This document shows positions 15,057 through 29,275 of a stretch of 64,000 nt of DNA, piece after piece. The translations under genes and the position numbers were made by a program. The DNA lies in assembly GCF_009914755.1 (NCBI RefSeq), contig NC_060939.1; one strand, 5' to 3'. The notes beneath the pieces are model-generated. The model had not been told where the DNA came from. It saw nothing but the letters and a program-made list of their open reading frames with translations, and ran no database searches. The stretch comes from the human T2T-CHM13v2.0 reference genome, Homo sapiens. Within the stretch, counting starts at the first letter, position 1. Every line of letters starts with the position of its first letter.

Positions 15057-17549
15057 GCTATAAAGGGTAGTGATACTTTTACTTATTTATTTTTAAGGCA
15101 AGCAGTTAACTTAGCTGGATTCAAACTCCAGGCTGCCTCGTGTGCTGTGGGAAGCAGCCTACGCTCTATTCAGTTCTTTTCTTTTCATATTGGTTGGGTT
15201 ACTTTGAGTCTGGCCTACATGATGGGCAGTTTAGAGGTCAACCAAAGGATTTCAGCAGAACTTATACACAGAATTTCATTCAGGCTTCCCGTGTCTGATT
15301 GGCTACAGTGTGGGAATTTCCTCCCACTTTTCAGCCACTACTGAGGATGCCTTTCGGCAAAATTCCTTGAAATTGGAAACTTACAGGGAAATTCCTTTCC
15401 TCCAAGAGTGCGCTCTCCTCCAGTGTTGGCTTGCTTTTGGTTGTTCTCCGTGGTTTTAGATAGCTGTCTTTATATTAATTCTGGAGTTTACAGTTGATAT
15501 CTGTTGGGGGCTTAGTTTGATAACATGTATTCTTCTATTACTAGTAGCCAGACCTGTATGTCTTACTTGACCTGATGGAGAAAAGTTTCAACTTATGAGA
15601 CAATACTGTGCTAGCTAGTTTTACTGATTTGTACTCTAAAGTACCCAAGCCTAAAATAGTAGAGCTGTCTATCCCACATGAAACTTCTCTGATTTTCACT
15701 GTTTTTTATAAAAAGTATACATGTTCACATTTCTGTAGGTTTTTTTAAGCATCACAATTTTTATAAACTTTCTATATTTCCAAGGTCTACCTGCTTTGTA
15801 TTTTGCCTAGTGAGAGTTTTGTATTCATGTAGGAATAATCTCTTGGTGTGAGTATCTATTTTCCACTCATCCAAAACAGATAGAGCATTGATTTCACTAA
15901 GCGTTATGTTCTAGTTTGCTTTGGTATTATTATTAGAAATACCTGGTGATTAATTTGAGCTAAGTATTCTTCTCTACCCTCATTCCCAGCATTATCACCC
16001 GCTTTTACCACTTCCAAGGGGTGGAAGCATTCTCCACAATGCATTTTTTCATGCCAGAGAAAAATCTAGAAAAAAATGAATAAAACGAAGAAATTCTTTC
16101 CCCTTGGTATCTGTAGCTAACTTGCCTAAGTGTTCTTTCCCACAGTTTAAGTCTTCAGTCCATAGTTCATAAGCAAAGGGGTGTAGCGAGCTCTGATCTT
16201 GCCAGAAGAGAGAATAAGTGAGCTACCCCACGGTGGACATTCTGGCCATCTGAAATGAGTCGATGCATGTGGCTTTTGTCTAAAGGCTACAAATAAAATG
16301 TAACCACTTTCTTCTTTGAGTAGTTGATATAGCAAATAGTTGAAACAGAAGTTTTGATTGGCAAATCAGGATGTGGTAGATACTTTAACAAAGAGTAGAA
16401 CTATTACCAGTTTTATGTGTTGCTGTTTGTATCTCTTTCACAGTTTTGATAATATCACATCCTGGAAAGTGAAACAGAAAATTATTATTCCATTTTAAAT
16501 GACTAAATTTGCTTTCATGGTATTTACAGTGAAAGAGTAAATTAGAAAGTGAATGGATGACTGTTCATGAGAAAAAGCAGGGTAAAAAGATTTTATTTAA
16601 TTAATTGAAAATATTAGGGTCAAAACATAGGCTTATGTTATGTTTTGTGAATTGTGCTGTGTTGTAGACATTTGATGAGTCCTAACATAGAATTGATCTA
16701 GCTCTTGAAATACCATTTTTGATTGAGTATAAATGGGATATAGGCACCTTACAACTTCAGAATTCGAGGAAGATGATGTGAATCTTCCAATTTTATCTAT
16801 TTGATTCAAATGGTATGTTTTTTCACATTTCTCATAATTTCCACGTCAACTCCCATGATGATCATGCAGGAAAGCAGCATGATTGCACTTCTTGTAGTGC
16901 ATACCATCACTAAAACATAGTTACTGTCTTTCTGTGGTCTTAAGAAAAATTCAGAAACAGCATACCAATGTACATATAAGATAAATAAGCTTATGTGGTA
17001 CAGTAAGTGTTCTGTTCTGAGAAATACCTTGATTCGTATCCTAATGTCTGATGTTATTGGTAGTTCTCAAACTTCCCCAATTCTGCTTTCATCTAAATTC
17101 ATCTTATCTATCTATTGTTAAATAATCTATCAGTCCATTTTTATCTATCATCTATATATCTGTCTTTATCAATCATTCGTCTGTAATCTATCTGTGCCGT
17201 TTGGCATAAGAGACAGAAGGGCATAGCAGTGGAAACTCAAAGGAGTTACCTCCATGTGAATGGACAGTGGTGATGGTGATCTGTGAGGTGGTGATGTATA
17301 GAAAGAAAAACTAGAAGAGAGCATGCCCTAACTCAGGGACCTTGTCCAGCAGGCACTCTGGCCTTGTTATACTGTGCTTGAATATGAAAAAAAAAAAAAT
17401 CAAAATAGTGCTGACATTCTTTGTCTTCTGGGTCTGAGAAAACTTAGAGTAGATATGATGACTCTGCCATTTCAGTCTTTTGTATTTCCACATTTAGAGC
17501 TCAGTTTTAATTATGTAGAATTATTTCTCCAGCCTGTGTTAAACTAGAC

Positions 17550-17750
17550 CATGGATTGGCAAACTTTTTTTGTAAATTGCCAAATACACATTTTCAGTTC
17601 TGAAAGCCTTGTGGTCTTTGTTGCAGCTAATCTACTCTGCTGTTGTGTTATGAAAGCAGCCATAGGTAATTTATAATTGAATGAGTGCGCTGTGCCTTTC
17701 TTCCAATAAAACTTTACAAAAGCATCCTGTGGGCTGGAGTTTACCCTTTG
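17550..17750. mobile_element. MER58A-like DNA transposon remnant
   Basis: GGATTGGCAAACTTTTTTTGTAAA...GAAAGCAGCCATAG...TTCCAATAAAACTTTACAAAA. Confidence 0.7.
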
Positions 17751-18479
17751 GGAAACCAGAGCATTGGCTAAACTGGAACCTGAAAAAATAATCACATCAA
17801 CTCAGCCACATGGTAATAATATTTAGAGTATTATTTCAACATTTTCATTTTCATAAAAATTTTTTTAGCTCTTTTGCCAAATTCCATCTGTGAGTGATAC
17901 AAATGACTACCACGTGCCATTAACATCACCTAAACAGTGCAAAACAAGCATAGTAGAAGTAATTGGAATGATATAAACCCCTTGCTGTAATAGTTATAGT
18001 TGATAAATTATGTTTCAAAATTGAACCTATTTCTTCCAAATTTCATCTATAAAGTTCCAAGGAGTTCCAAAATCTTGCCTGCCTTCTTTTCCCAGTTAGC
18101 AGTATTGTCTCTGAGCAGCCATGGTGGTATCCATCCTCCTTGGACAATGAATTTAGCCTATTTTGACTTCATTTGAGCAGTTGTAATTGTTTCACCACAT
18201 CAGAGTAAGATTACTACATGCCAGAGCTATTCTTTAACTCAGCTTGTAAAAACATGATAGCATCAACAATATACATAGCAAATGAATGCCATCTTTAATC
18301 CAATTAAATGGTTTTTACAAATTTGCTCTTGTTTGTTGATGCTATCTGCATTGCAGTAATTAAAGGTGAGGTAAAAAGAATGAATAAACTGCCAAGTTAA
18401 AATTAAATTTGGGCAATTTCTCTTTTGCAGTAATGTATGTATATTTACTCAAAACATATGCCAAATTTAGTGTTGAAAG

Positions 18480-19000
18480 GCTCATTCAAATCAATTGGGA
18501 AAGCACGTAAATGAACAATTCATAAAAGAAAAGCATTGCAAATGGCCAAGAGCATAGAAAATGTGCTCAATCTTACCAGTCATTATAAGGAAATAATGAA
18601 ATTTGTGTATATATGAAATACTTAAAATATATATAAAATAAAACAATTATTTGCCTTTTTTCACCTATCAGATTAACAGATTATATGTGTTAACAAGGTG
18701 GGGAGAATTTACAACTCCTGATATGTTAAAATCTTTCAGGAAGGTAGTAGAAAATATATGTAAGATGGAAATTAGCACTTTTGACCAACAATTTTAGTTT
18801 TAGATATTTACCTATAAGGATATAATAGGAGGTGTTCAAAGATGCATGTAACTCAATGTAGTATTAATTATAATTGTAAAATAGTAAATAACATTTTTGT
18901 CAAATCATAATGTTAGGAAAATTAGTGATGGCACATTTAACCAATTGAATTATATTCAGTTCTGAATACCGTGATGCATGTTCAAATTAATTGATACAAA
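18480..19000 (+). mobile_element. Very old L1 (L1ME-like) remnant; boundaries approximate
   Basis: ATGAACAATTCATAAAAGAAAA...CAAATGGCCAA...AAAATGTGCTCAA resembles the L1 ORF2 3' region. Confidence 0.45.
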
Positions 19001-19086
19001 AATCCAACAACTTTAGCAGTTTGTTTACCAGTTATTGAGTACCAACTGTGTTCAACATTGTTATTTCACTCATATGAAATGATAAA

Positions 19087-19200
19087 TGTATGTGCGTGTT
19101 ATGATACGGTCAATAAAACCACTTTTATAGGAAGAATACTCACAAAATACAGCGAGTTCTGGTCATTATTTTATTGTTGCATTTGTGTGTTTGTGTGTTT
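19087..19200 (+). terminator. Cleavage/polyadenylation signal
   Basis: TGTA at 19087, AATAAA at 19112-19117, GT/T-rich downstream element at 19171-19200. Confidence 0.6.
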
Positions 19201-19582
19201 TGAATACATACATGTATTTCAATTAACTATAGCATTTATTGAATTTTTATCACATGTACCAGATGGGGAGATCAACACTTTACATGAATTATAAGTTATA
19301 ATATAATAACTTATATAATGTTATTATATAATAACTTATTATTATAATAACAGATGGAATAACGAATTTGTCTTTTTAAAAGATAAGTAAATTGAGGTTG
19401 AGTTTGAATTTTGTAATTCATTCTATTATATAGAAGTTAAATAAACCTATCCTAGGATGTCACAACCTTTGGATAATAATAATTAAAAATACTTATGATT
19501 TATTAAACCCATTGAGCAAAATCATGTTTTGTGAAAGAACCCACATTTCAGAAGTCATATTCATTCTTCTTTTGTCTTTAAG

Positions 19583-19629
19583 GCCAGAGACATGATAATT
19601 ATTAAGTGCAGCTTCTCAGGACAGAAAGT
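19583..19629 (+). other. Candidate 47-nt host exon
   Basis: TTCTTCTTTTGTCTTTAAG| ... AGT|GTAAGT. Confidence 0.4.
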
Positions 19630-20579
19630 GTAAGTGTTGGTATATTGTAGGAACAGGAGAAAAACATGAATAGGAACTTGTCTTTTGGAAATTCTTACAG
19701 TATAAACCTTTAAGGAGTTACTTCTAGAAATATGGGGTGCCTTTGCTCAGGATGTGGAACAACATGTTCCCGGGCAGAAACCATATTATACACAAAGCTC
19801 TGAGACATCATGGAGGCACAGATGAAAGTCCAAAGAGAAATGGCCAGTAGAAAGAGGATCACTAAATGGAAGAAGCTAACTTTGGAATAGAGCTGGTGAC
19901 AGGTAATATGATGACTTAAATGCTGCCAATAGCAGGGAAAAGGTCCATGGTAATATCTGAGTGAAGAAACAATTGCCAACTGATCTAGATTTGAAGGGCA
20001 TAACCTCTTGGAATATTTTTCCAGTGTAATTTGTGATCATATGGTCTGGATTCTACAAAATCTCCCCCATTCTACAAAATCTATAATCAGTTCTCTTCCA
20101 TTTTCTTCATTCATTCTAACCCTTTTCTAAAGACGGCACTTTGTGTCTTGTGAATGCAATCCCTTAGCAGTTCTCAGCTAGTAGCTGAAACTTTGGTTAA
20201 AATGGTAAGCATGGGGGATTGTGACATAAATTTTGCTTTGCTATGGCAGTTATTGAAATATTTTTATAATTTTGACTATTTGTCATGTAAGGAATGCACA
20301 GTGCCATTCTAACTGTGTATATTCTGGTATTTGGGGGGTTGGAAATTGACTATATGAGATTCTTGCAGCTGGGTCTCTGACATGTTGAGAATGCTGAAGA
20401 AGAAAAAGTACAGAAGGAGAAAGCAGAGATGGGGAAAGCTGCATCCCTCAAATAGGATACCACTGGATACTGAGCAGTGAACAACCTCTGGTTTTGTCGG
20501 ACACCATTTTGGAATATTTGGACACAGTTTCCGGAAGGATGAGAGACCTAATCAATGGTAGTAAGATGTTTAAAATATT

Positions 20580-21380
20580 ATTAATACGAATGAATGCTTA
20601 GGCAAGGTTGACGGTAAAGCTCTTCTGTACAATAGGTAGCGTTAATAAAGAAATGACAAGATTTGGAAAATCAGTATTTGGAAATAATCATAATTGTTTC
20701 AGCCAGGAATCATCAAATGATGCTAAAACTTGGAGAAAATTTTAAGAGAAACAGGACATTTGGTGTCCTTATCAGTTACAAAGGGAAAGTAGTAGCTTCC
20801 TGATGGAGAACATGGTTGACAGCACCTGAATTAAAGAGGTGAAAGTTAATACCACAGTAGTGGGAACATCAGGCAGCGCTGATAGGATGCACTGAGAAGA
20901 ACACAGTCTCATTTCTGTAGTATTACTGACTAAACTGCAGAAACCTGAGTCTACCCATGAGGAAACATCAGTCTCAAATTGACTGATATTTTGCTTTTAG
21001 TATTCAAACATACTAATTTCACTGAGGAAATGGTCCAGATTATTTCAGACTATATAGACATGAGAATGGAATATCACATTGGTTCAGGATGTCTATAAAA
21101 GGATAAGGAAGGTTGGCAAAATTTGAAGACAGTCCCTCAAGTAGATTATAGTGTTACGTGAGTATTAATTGCCTAAGTTATATAATTGCCTGAGGTTATA
21201 TAACAGAAAATTCTTGTTTTTAAGAAATTAAAACAATTTAAAGGATAAAGGGATAATGTCATAGCTGTAATTTTCCAAGCATTTGGATAAAATAATATAC
21301 ATGTTTCAAAAAAAAAATGAAACAGATGTTGTAAGATGTTAGCAAATAGGGAATCCAGGTGGAAATAATCCAGGAATTAT
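20580..21380 (+). mobile_element. L1MC-like 3' UTR remnant; boundaries approximate
   Basis: GATAGGATGCACTGAGAAGAACACAG..CATTTCTGTAGTATT and GAGGAAACATCAG motifs typical of L1MC 3' ends. Confidence 0.5.
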
Positions 21381-22008
21381 GGATAGTCTTGTATCTGTTC
21401 AGCAGGTCTGAAAGTAGTTGATGAAAATAATGCAAAAGAACATGTCAAAAAGAAATGGTTTGGGCATATGGCTTCAAGCATACATAAATGCTCAGGAAAC
21501 ATGAAAATGTGAAATAAATGGATGAGTACTATAATACCAGCAGGCCTTGTAGATACCTGCATTTGAAGCATTTATATTAGAAGGAAGCCTTTTTACCCAG
21601 AATTTTTTTCACTTAGCCTAATGTTTTCAAGGTTTGGCCATGTTGCAGCATATATCAGATCTCCATTTTTTTTGATGGAGGAGTGATATTCTATTGTATA
21701 AATATATCACATTTTGCTCATCCACTCACTAGTTTTTGGCTATTATGACTAATCCCGCCAGGAATATTTATGTGGAGGTTTTTGTGTGTTTATGTTTTCA
21801 ATTCTATTATACATGAGAATATAGTAACTGTGTTTATTTGACATTTTGAGGACCTGTCTGTAAGTGATGTTTAAGATAATTTTTGTTACATTTGAAGGCA
21901 GATAATAGTCTATGCAAAATGAATATTCTGTTGAATATTGATGTGAACTATTCTTATTGTAAAAAAAAAGTTACATTGAAATAGTAAGTATAGAAGTTAT
22001 ATCTTGGT

Positions 22009-22319
<311 letters not shown>

Positions 22320-22715
22320 GTATTGGTTTTTGTACTCAACAAGCAGTTTTATGTTTTTATTTTTCAGGAACTCTCCAATACTGAATTCAGGCTGGGATAT
22401 TAGAGAAAAGGAAAATACATGAAACTCAGTGGTGTTTTATGGCACTTTGAGTTCCCCAATTCACCTTCAAACATTTAGCCTTCCAAGTTCTCTGCCACCG
22501 TATCAGTGCATCCCTCCTGAGATTCTTAATTCTTTGATTGTGTAAAGATGGACTATGCTTACTCCATCTTACTTCTCTTAGGTCTTACAATGGAAGTGCC
22601 CTATTACATTTTGTTCTTTTCTATGATTTCCAATTATTTTATGAAATTTTTCATTTATTTTTTCTGTTCTTTCTATCTTTAATTTCTATGTAACTTTTTG
22701 AAATAGATCTCAAAG

Positions 22716-22719
<4 letters not shown>

Positions 22720-22761
<42 letters not shown>

Positions 22762-22778
22762 GAGAGAGAGATATATAT
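22720..22778. repeat. Compound microsatellite (TA)n(CA)n(GA)n(TA)n
   Basis: Directly visible. Confidence 0.95.
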
Positions 22779-23004
22779 CTACTGTACTATTGAAGTAGAT
22801 TCCTAAAGTTTTTATCTCTTCTAGAATATTGGTTTCACAACACCCCTATTATGTGTATTTAATTTTACCCACCACATGGCGTTTTCAAAAAGTCTTTATT
22901 TGGCGGAATACAACTTCAGAATCTGATTCGAAGAGAAAATTGCTCACAGCCGTGAGCCACTGTGCCTGGCCGATTTTTACTATTTAAAGAAGGAAGAATT
23001 TTAG

Positions 23005-23292
23005 CAGCGTGGGGTGGCTCATGCCTGTAATCCCAGCACTTTGGGAGGCTGAGGTGGGCGGATCACTTGAGGCCAGTAGTTCAAGAACAGCCTGGCCAAC
23101 ATGACGAAACCCCATCTCTACTAAAAATACAAAAATTAGCCAGGCGTGGTGGCACGTGCCTGTAGTCCCAGCTACTCGAAGGCTTAGGCAGGAGAATCGC
23201 TTGAATCAGAGACAGGGAGGCTGCAATGAGCCGAGATTGCACCACTGCACTCCAGCCTGGGCGACAGTGCAAGACTCCATCTCAAAAATAAA
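23005..23292 (+). mobile_element. Alu; preceded by a short antisense Alu 5'-end fragment at ~22950-22972
   Basis: GGTGGCTCATGCCTGTAATCCCAGCAC...GACTCCATCTCAAAAATAAA. Confidence 0.9.
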
Positions 23293-23463
23293 GAGGAATT
23301 GGAGGAGGAAATAAATGAATAAATGACAAAGGTGACAAAGGACCAAAGATCTGTGACTTGTGCAAAGATTGCTCTGTGGTAATTATTACAGAAACAATGT
23401 TTGTATCTTATTTTTTAGGGAATTTTGTATATTGTCTAATCTGATTTACTTTGTTTTTAATAG

Positions 23464-23508
23464 TTTGCTGCAGGTCTAGAAGATGTCACAGAATTTCAAG
23501 GAAGAGAG
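23464..23508 (+). other. Candidate 45-nt host exon upstream of SNORD109A
   Basis: CTGATTTACTTTGTTTTTAATAG| ... GAG|GTGAGC; alternative acceptor CTGCAG at 23473. Confidence 0.45.
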
Positions 23509-23865
23509 GTGAGCAGCTGCTGTGGTGATTTTGAAATTGTTTGTGTGTGTTGTGGCCAGTGATGTCAGAATTTCAGGATCTGAGAGTTCATGATTTTAGA
23601 GGCTCAAAGGAGAATATTTTTATAACTTTTTTCTATAATTTTTTTATAATTTTTTTATATATTTTTTATAATATTTTATAATTTTTTTTGCTATGTGAGT
23701 ATCCCTACTTTGTTCAAGGAATCTCATTATCTTTTCCCTTTTTTTAAAAAGGGATTTTTTTGTAGTAACCTGAATAAATTGGGGGAAGTATTGATATATT
23801 TCCTTTTCTCACCATTTTTTGTTGGATGAAAATAATCTTTTAGTGAAATTCAGTGTATTAAATAT

Positions 23866-23998
23866 TTATTTTTTAAAGTCTAGAGATGGGGTCATGCTGT
23901 GTTTCCCAGGCTGCCCTTGAACTCCTGGGCTCAAGCAATCATCTTGCCTCAACCTCCTGAGTAGCTGGGACTACAGGCATGTGCTGTCATGCCTGGCT
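23866..23998 (-). mobile_element. Alu monomer (FLAM-like)
   Basis: TAGAGATGGGGTC...AACTCCTGGGCTCAAGCAATC...CATGCCTGGCT. Confidence 0.8.
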
Positions 23999-24157
23999 TA
24001 AATATTTAAAAAATTTTATCTGGCACATTCTGAACACAGATGTTTCTACTTATATTTGTCATGTAGTCACAGTATATATTGATTTTGCTACCTCGCCTAC
24101 TCCTAAAAGTTTAAATTCATTTAATTGGTCTTAATTGGACTTAAAAATTTTTTCCCT

Positions 24158-24474
<317 letters not shown>

Positions 24475-24634
24475 TCATATGTTTTTTCATGCTATGTATA
24501 TGAGAGTTCCATTATTCAGATACTAAACAAATGTCTACTGTACATTTACTCTTCTCACTGATGATGGATTAGATAACCATGCACAAAATAAGCCTGGCTG
24601 TGGAAATGCTTATTTGTTGGGAGGGTGCTTGTTT

Positions 24635-24701
24635 GGATCGATGATGAGAATAATTGTCTGAGGATGCTGAGGGACTCATTCCAGATGTCAATCTGAGGTC
24701 C
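24635..24701 (+). ncRNA. SNORD109A: Orphan box C/D snoRNA SNORD109A (HBII-438A)
   Basis: GGATCG-ATGATGA (box C)...CTGA (box D)-GGTCC with terminal stem TGGATC/GGTCCA; 67 nt; recognised sequence upstream of SNORD116-1. Confidence 0.95.
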
Positions 24702-25424
24702 AGATGTGTGGCCCTCCAATAGGACAAATAAGACTCTCAGAGCCTGGCTCTATTTGGGGATCCCTCAGTGACAACATAGTACCTCTGTGAGCGTGCCTTT
24801 TCTATCTCTCCGAAGAGGGCATTAGCATCCTGTCTTATGAGTCAGTATGCACTTTAGTATGGTTAGTGACCCAAGACTCACTTTATTTTGTTCATTTTGA
24901 GCAGAGAATTGTAGATAGATACATATATGGGAAATATGTTCTTGATTAACAAATGAAAAAATGAAAAAGTTTCAGTCAAGAAAGGTCAAGGAACTGTGAT
25001 GTATAGTGAAGGCAGGGAACACTGCATGCCTGTATTAAATATTGACAAAGGAACCAATTTTAGTGCTTTGTTATTTTTACTGTTGAGTATTTTCTGAGAC
25101 CATTTCTTTTTCTTCTATTTTGTTTTGCTGAGGTAGAGGAGGGCTGGAATGAGGTCCTCCACTTCAGAAAATAGGGGTGAGTAGTTAAACCAACATCCTT
25201 TGGAATTCATATACGTCATGCGTTCCATGCCACATCCTGAGATCTTTTTGTTGATTTTTTTAGTGGCTTACTGGATAATATCTAAATACTGTATATTTTA
25301 CTTTGGTGAGTCTCTCCACCTTCATTTCTGAATCATTGTCCTTTACATTTTTATTCTATTTGAATTTTGCATGAAATGACAAATGTAGAATTTTGCCCAA
25401 TTTATTTTATTTATTCATTTATTT

Positions 25425-25732
25425 ATTTGGGAAGACAAAGTCTCTCTCTGTCACCCAGGCTGGAGTACATTGGCCCAGTCAGAGCTCACTTCAGCTCTTC
25501 ACCCTGTAGCCCTTAACTCCTGGGCTCAAGTGATCCTCCACCCTCAGCCTCCCAAGTATCTAGGAATACAGGTATGTGTTACCACACATAGCTAATTTTT
25601 AAATTTTTTATTTTGTGAAGATAGGATCTTACTGTGTTGCTAAGGCTGGTCTTGAACTACTGGGCTCAAGCAGTCCTCTTGTTTTGGCTTCCCAAAGTGC
25701 TAGGATTACAGGCAGGAGCCACCATGCCTGGC
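25425..25732 (-). mobile_element. Alu (AluJ-like)
   Basis: CTCTGTCACCCAGGCTGGAGT...GGATTACAGGCAGGAGCCACCATGCCTGGC. Confidence 0.9.
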
Positions 25733-26169
25733 ATCATTAGGGATATTGGTCTGTGATTCACTTTTGATGATGTCTTTGGTTTTGATAAAAATTAGGGTAA
25801 TAGTAGACTCATGGAATAAGTTGGGAAATGTTTTCTGCTCTCCTGTTTTTTGGAAGAGTTGTGAAGGATTGATGTTATTTCTTTAATGATTTGGTAGAAT
25901 TCATCAGAGAAATCATTTGTGTGGAATTTTATTTGTGGAAACTTGAGTAGCTAATTCAATCTCTTGTTAAAGGTGACTTCAATTTTCTGTTTTTCCTTCT
26001 TGTGACAGTTCCTGTAATTTATATATTTCTAGGAATGTGCCTATTTAATCTAGGTTATGTAATTTGTTGACATAACTTGTTTATATAAGGGTGTTAGTCT
26101 GATTTTCATCCCAGATTTTATGAAAATTGGGTCTTCTGTTTTCAGTAGTGTAGATATAGTTATGTCAAT

Positions 26170-26292
26170 TTTTTAAGAGACAGAGTCTTACTGTGTTGTT
26201 TATGCTGGCCTTGAACTTCTGAGCCTAAGCAATCCTGCTACCTCTGCATCTTGAGTAGGTGGGAGTGTGGGAACACACCACCACACCTGGCC
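26170..26292 (-). mobile_element. Alu monomer (FLAM-like)
   Basis: GAGACAGAGTCTTACTGTGTTG...CCACCACACCTGGCC. Confidence 0.75.
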
Positions 26293-27089
26293 TGTCACTA
26301 AACAAACAAAAAATTTCAGTGAACCAGCTTTTGATATTTTTATTTTTCTTCTGTATTTTTTATTTTATTTATTGGCATTTTATTCTTATATCTTTTATTC
26401 TACTTGATTTAGCTTTGCTTTGTTTTTCTGTTTTCTTAAGGTAAAAGTTTAGATTATTGATTTGAGATTTTCCTTTTTTTAATATGGACATTTACAGCTA
26501 TAAATTTCCCAAAGAACTCTTTTAGCTACATATATATTTTCTTTTGTTGTGTTTTGTTTCCTTTGATTTCAAACTATTTTATAAATTTTCTTATTTCTCC
26601 CAAGAACTCCCAATGATTCTTAGTAATGTGTTAATTTCCATATATTGTGAATTCCCCCCAATTTTTTTCCTTTATTTCTGATATGATTCTATTGTGGTTG
26701 GACACCATACTTTTCTGATTTCTTTACTTTCAGATTTGTTGATACCAGTGTGTGGTCTAATACCTACCCTGCACACTGTTCCATGTGCACTTGAAAATAA
26801 TATATTTTCTACTGGTTAGATTGTTCCATAGATGGATGTTATGTAACTGTTTTATAGTGTTGTTTGTCTTCTATTTCCTTGATCTTCTGTCTCATTGTTA
26901 TGTTCATCATTGAAAGTGAGGTATTGAAATTTTCAGTTATTATAATGTTTATTTTGCCTTCCATTCTGTCATTTTTAAAATTTAATTTGGGGGTTATGTT
27001 GTTGGATGCACGTATCTTTATTATTGTTATATCTTCCTGATGGATTGACAGTTTAATCATCATGAAATGTCCTTTGTCTCTACCAACAA

Positions 27090-27383
27090 TTTTTTTTTTT
27101 TTGAGATGGAGTCTCGCTCTGTTGCCCAGGCTGGAGTGCAGTGGCACCATCTCTGCTCACCACAAGCTCCGCCTCCTGGGTTCACACCATTCTCCTGCCT
27201 CAGCCTCCCGAGTAGCTGGGATTACAGGCACCTGTCACCACGCCTGGCTAATTTTTTGTATTTTTAGTAGAGACGGGGTTTCACCATGTTAGCCAGGATG
27301 GTCTCGATCTCCTGACCTCGTGATCCACCCACCTCGGCCTCCCAAAGTGCTGGGATTACAGGCGTGAGCCACCGTGCCTGGCC
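27090..27383 (-). mobile_element. Full-length AluY with target-site duplication
   Basis: AluY diagnostics (CAAGCTCCGCCTCC, CCATTCTC, GGATGGTCTCGATCTCCTGACCTCGTGATCC); TSD CTCTACCAACAATT at 27078 and 27384. Confidence 0.95.
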
Positions 27384-27529
27384 CTCTACCAACAATTTTT
27401 ATCTTGAAATTTATTTAGCCTGATAATTGTAGTTTTTGTCTGACTTATAGCCCATAAACTCTCTCTGGTTACTGTATGCAGTTTATCTTGTCATTATTTT
27501 ACTATCTACCTATTTTTAATTAAAACAAA

Positions 27530-27745
27530 ATATCTTTGAGACAGGATCTCACTCTCTCACCCATGCTGTAGCGCAATGGCATGATCATAGCTCACTGCAA
27601 CCTGAAACTCTTGTAATTCAAGCAATTCTTCCACCTCAGCCTCCTGAGTATCTGAAACTACAGGCCAACACCACCACACCTGGCTAATTTTTTTGTATTT
27701 TTTTTCTTGTAGAGATGAAATCTTGGTATCTTGCCCAGGATGGTT
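27530..27745 (-). mobile_element. Partial Alu (AluJ-like)
   Basis: TTTGAGACAGGATCTCACTCT...ATCATAGCTCACTGCAACC. Confidence 0.8.
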
Positions 27746-29275
27746 ATTTTCTACCTATTTTTTGTCCTTGAATCTAAAGTGTATCTTTTGTAGAGAGCAT
27801 ATAGTTGTATCATGTGTTTTTTTAAAAAGATACATCTCTGCCTTTTAAGTGGAGAGTTTACTTCATGAACATTTAATGTAATTACTGATAAGGTAAAATT
27901 CACATCTGCCATTTTCTATTTTCTTTTATGGCATATATCTGTTTTGTTTTTCTTATTGTTCTTTATGTTAAATAAGTAATAGTGTACTGCTTTAATTTTC
28001 TTTTTAATTTTTTGTGTTTACTTATTAGTGGTTGCCTTTGAGATTATAGTTAATTTGTTAATTTATAATATAGCTTAGATTTAATAGTTAATTTTAATAG
28101 TACACAGAAACTATTTTTCAATATAGCTCTGTTTTCTCACCCTTCCTTTTGTATATTATTGTCATTCAAACATTTATACCATCTTTTATATTTGCCTAAT
28201 AATTATTTTACTGGTCCTGTGCATTTCTTCATATGGATCAAAGTTAATGTCTAGTGCTATTTCACTTAAGGCTGAAGTCTCCATTTAATTTTTCTGGTAG
28301 GATAGGTATTTTGACAAATTCAGCTTTTGTTGGTTTAGAATGTCATTTCTTTTTTATTTTTGAAGAGTACTTTTGCTGTTTCAAGATCTATGGGTAGACA
28401 GTCTTACTTCTTTTTCTTTAAAATAGTTTGAATATGTTATCTTACTGTTTTATGGCTTCAAGAGTTTCTGATGAGAAATCAGCTGTTAGTCTCATTGAGG
28501 ATTCCTTGTACCTGATGGGTTTGTTTTTCTCTTCATATTTTGAAGACTGGCTTTTGAAATTTTTACTATGACGTCTCCATGTCTTTATGTGTATCTCACT
28601 TGAGTGAGTCAAGTTCATTTGACTCATTTTATATGTACATGTATGTTTTTCCCTTACATTAAGGAAATTTTAGGCGTTTGTTCTTCAAACTGTTTCTGCC
28701 CTTCTACTGTGACTTTTATGAACATGTTGATATGCTGTGTTCCTCAGTTCTCTGAAGCTGTTTTTCTTTTTTCTTTCTGCTTCACAGAATGGATCTCCTC
28801 AACTGTCCTGTATTCAAATTCGATTACCTTTTCCTGCTAGCTCAAATAGTGTGATTAAATTTTTCTAGTGAATTTTTATTATTTATTTCTCTGTATCTTT
28901 ATTGTCTAGTAATTGATACATTTTTAAAAAATTTAAATTTTAGGTTTAGGAGTACATGTGCAAGTTTGTTATATAGGTAGATTGTGAGTCATGTTGGTTT
29001 GGTGTACAGATTATTTCATTACCCAGGTAATAAGCATAGTACCTGATAGGTAGTTTTTTGATCCTCACTCTCCTCCCACCTTCTACCTTCAAGTGCTCCC
29101 AGTTACAAGAGAGAATGTATGGCATTTAGTTTACTGTTCCTGCATCAATGTGCTTAGGATTATGGCCTCCAGCTCTATTCATGTTGCTGTAAAGAACATG
29201 ATTTCATTCTTTTTTCATGGCTACATAGTATTCCAAGGTGAAAATGCTCCATATTTTCTATGTCCAGTCTACCAG

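Larger units (their letters stand above)
14530..19150 (+). ncRNA. PWAR6: Approximate position of the PWAR6 / SPA1 3' terminal segment
   Basis: Placed from recalled distance upstream of SNORD109A; the 3' end agrees with the poly(A) signal at 19112; the 5' end is not visible in sequence. Confidence 0.4.
25735..28915 (-). mobile_element. Old L1M, several kb, interrupted by Alus; boundaries approximate
   Basis: Antisense L1 ORF2 sequence; the - strand ORF at 26839-27150 reads as decayed L1 endonuclease ([19 protein letters not shown]...NFNTSLS). Confidence 0.8.
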
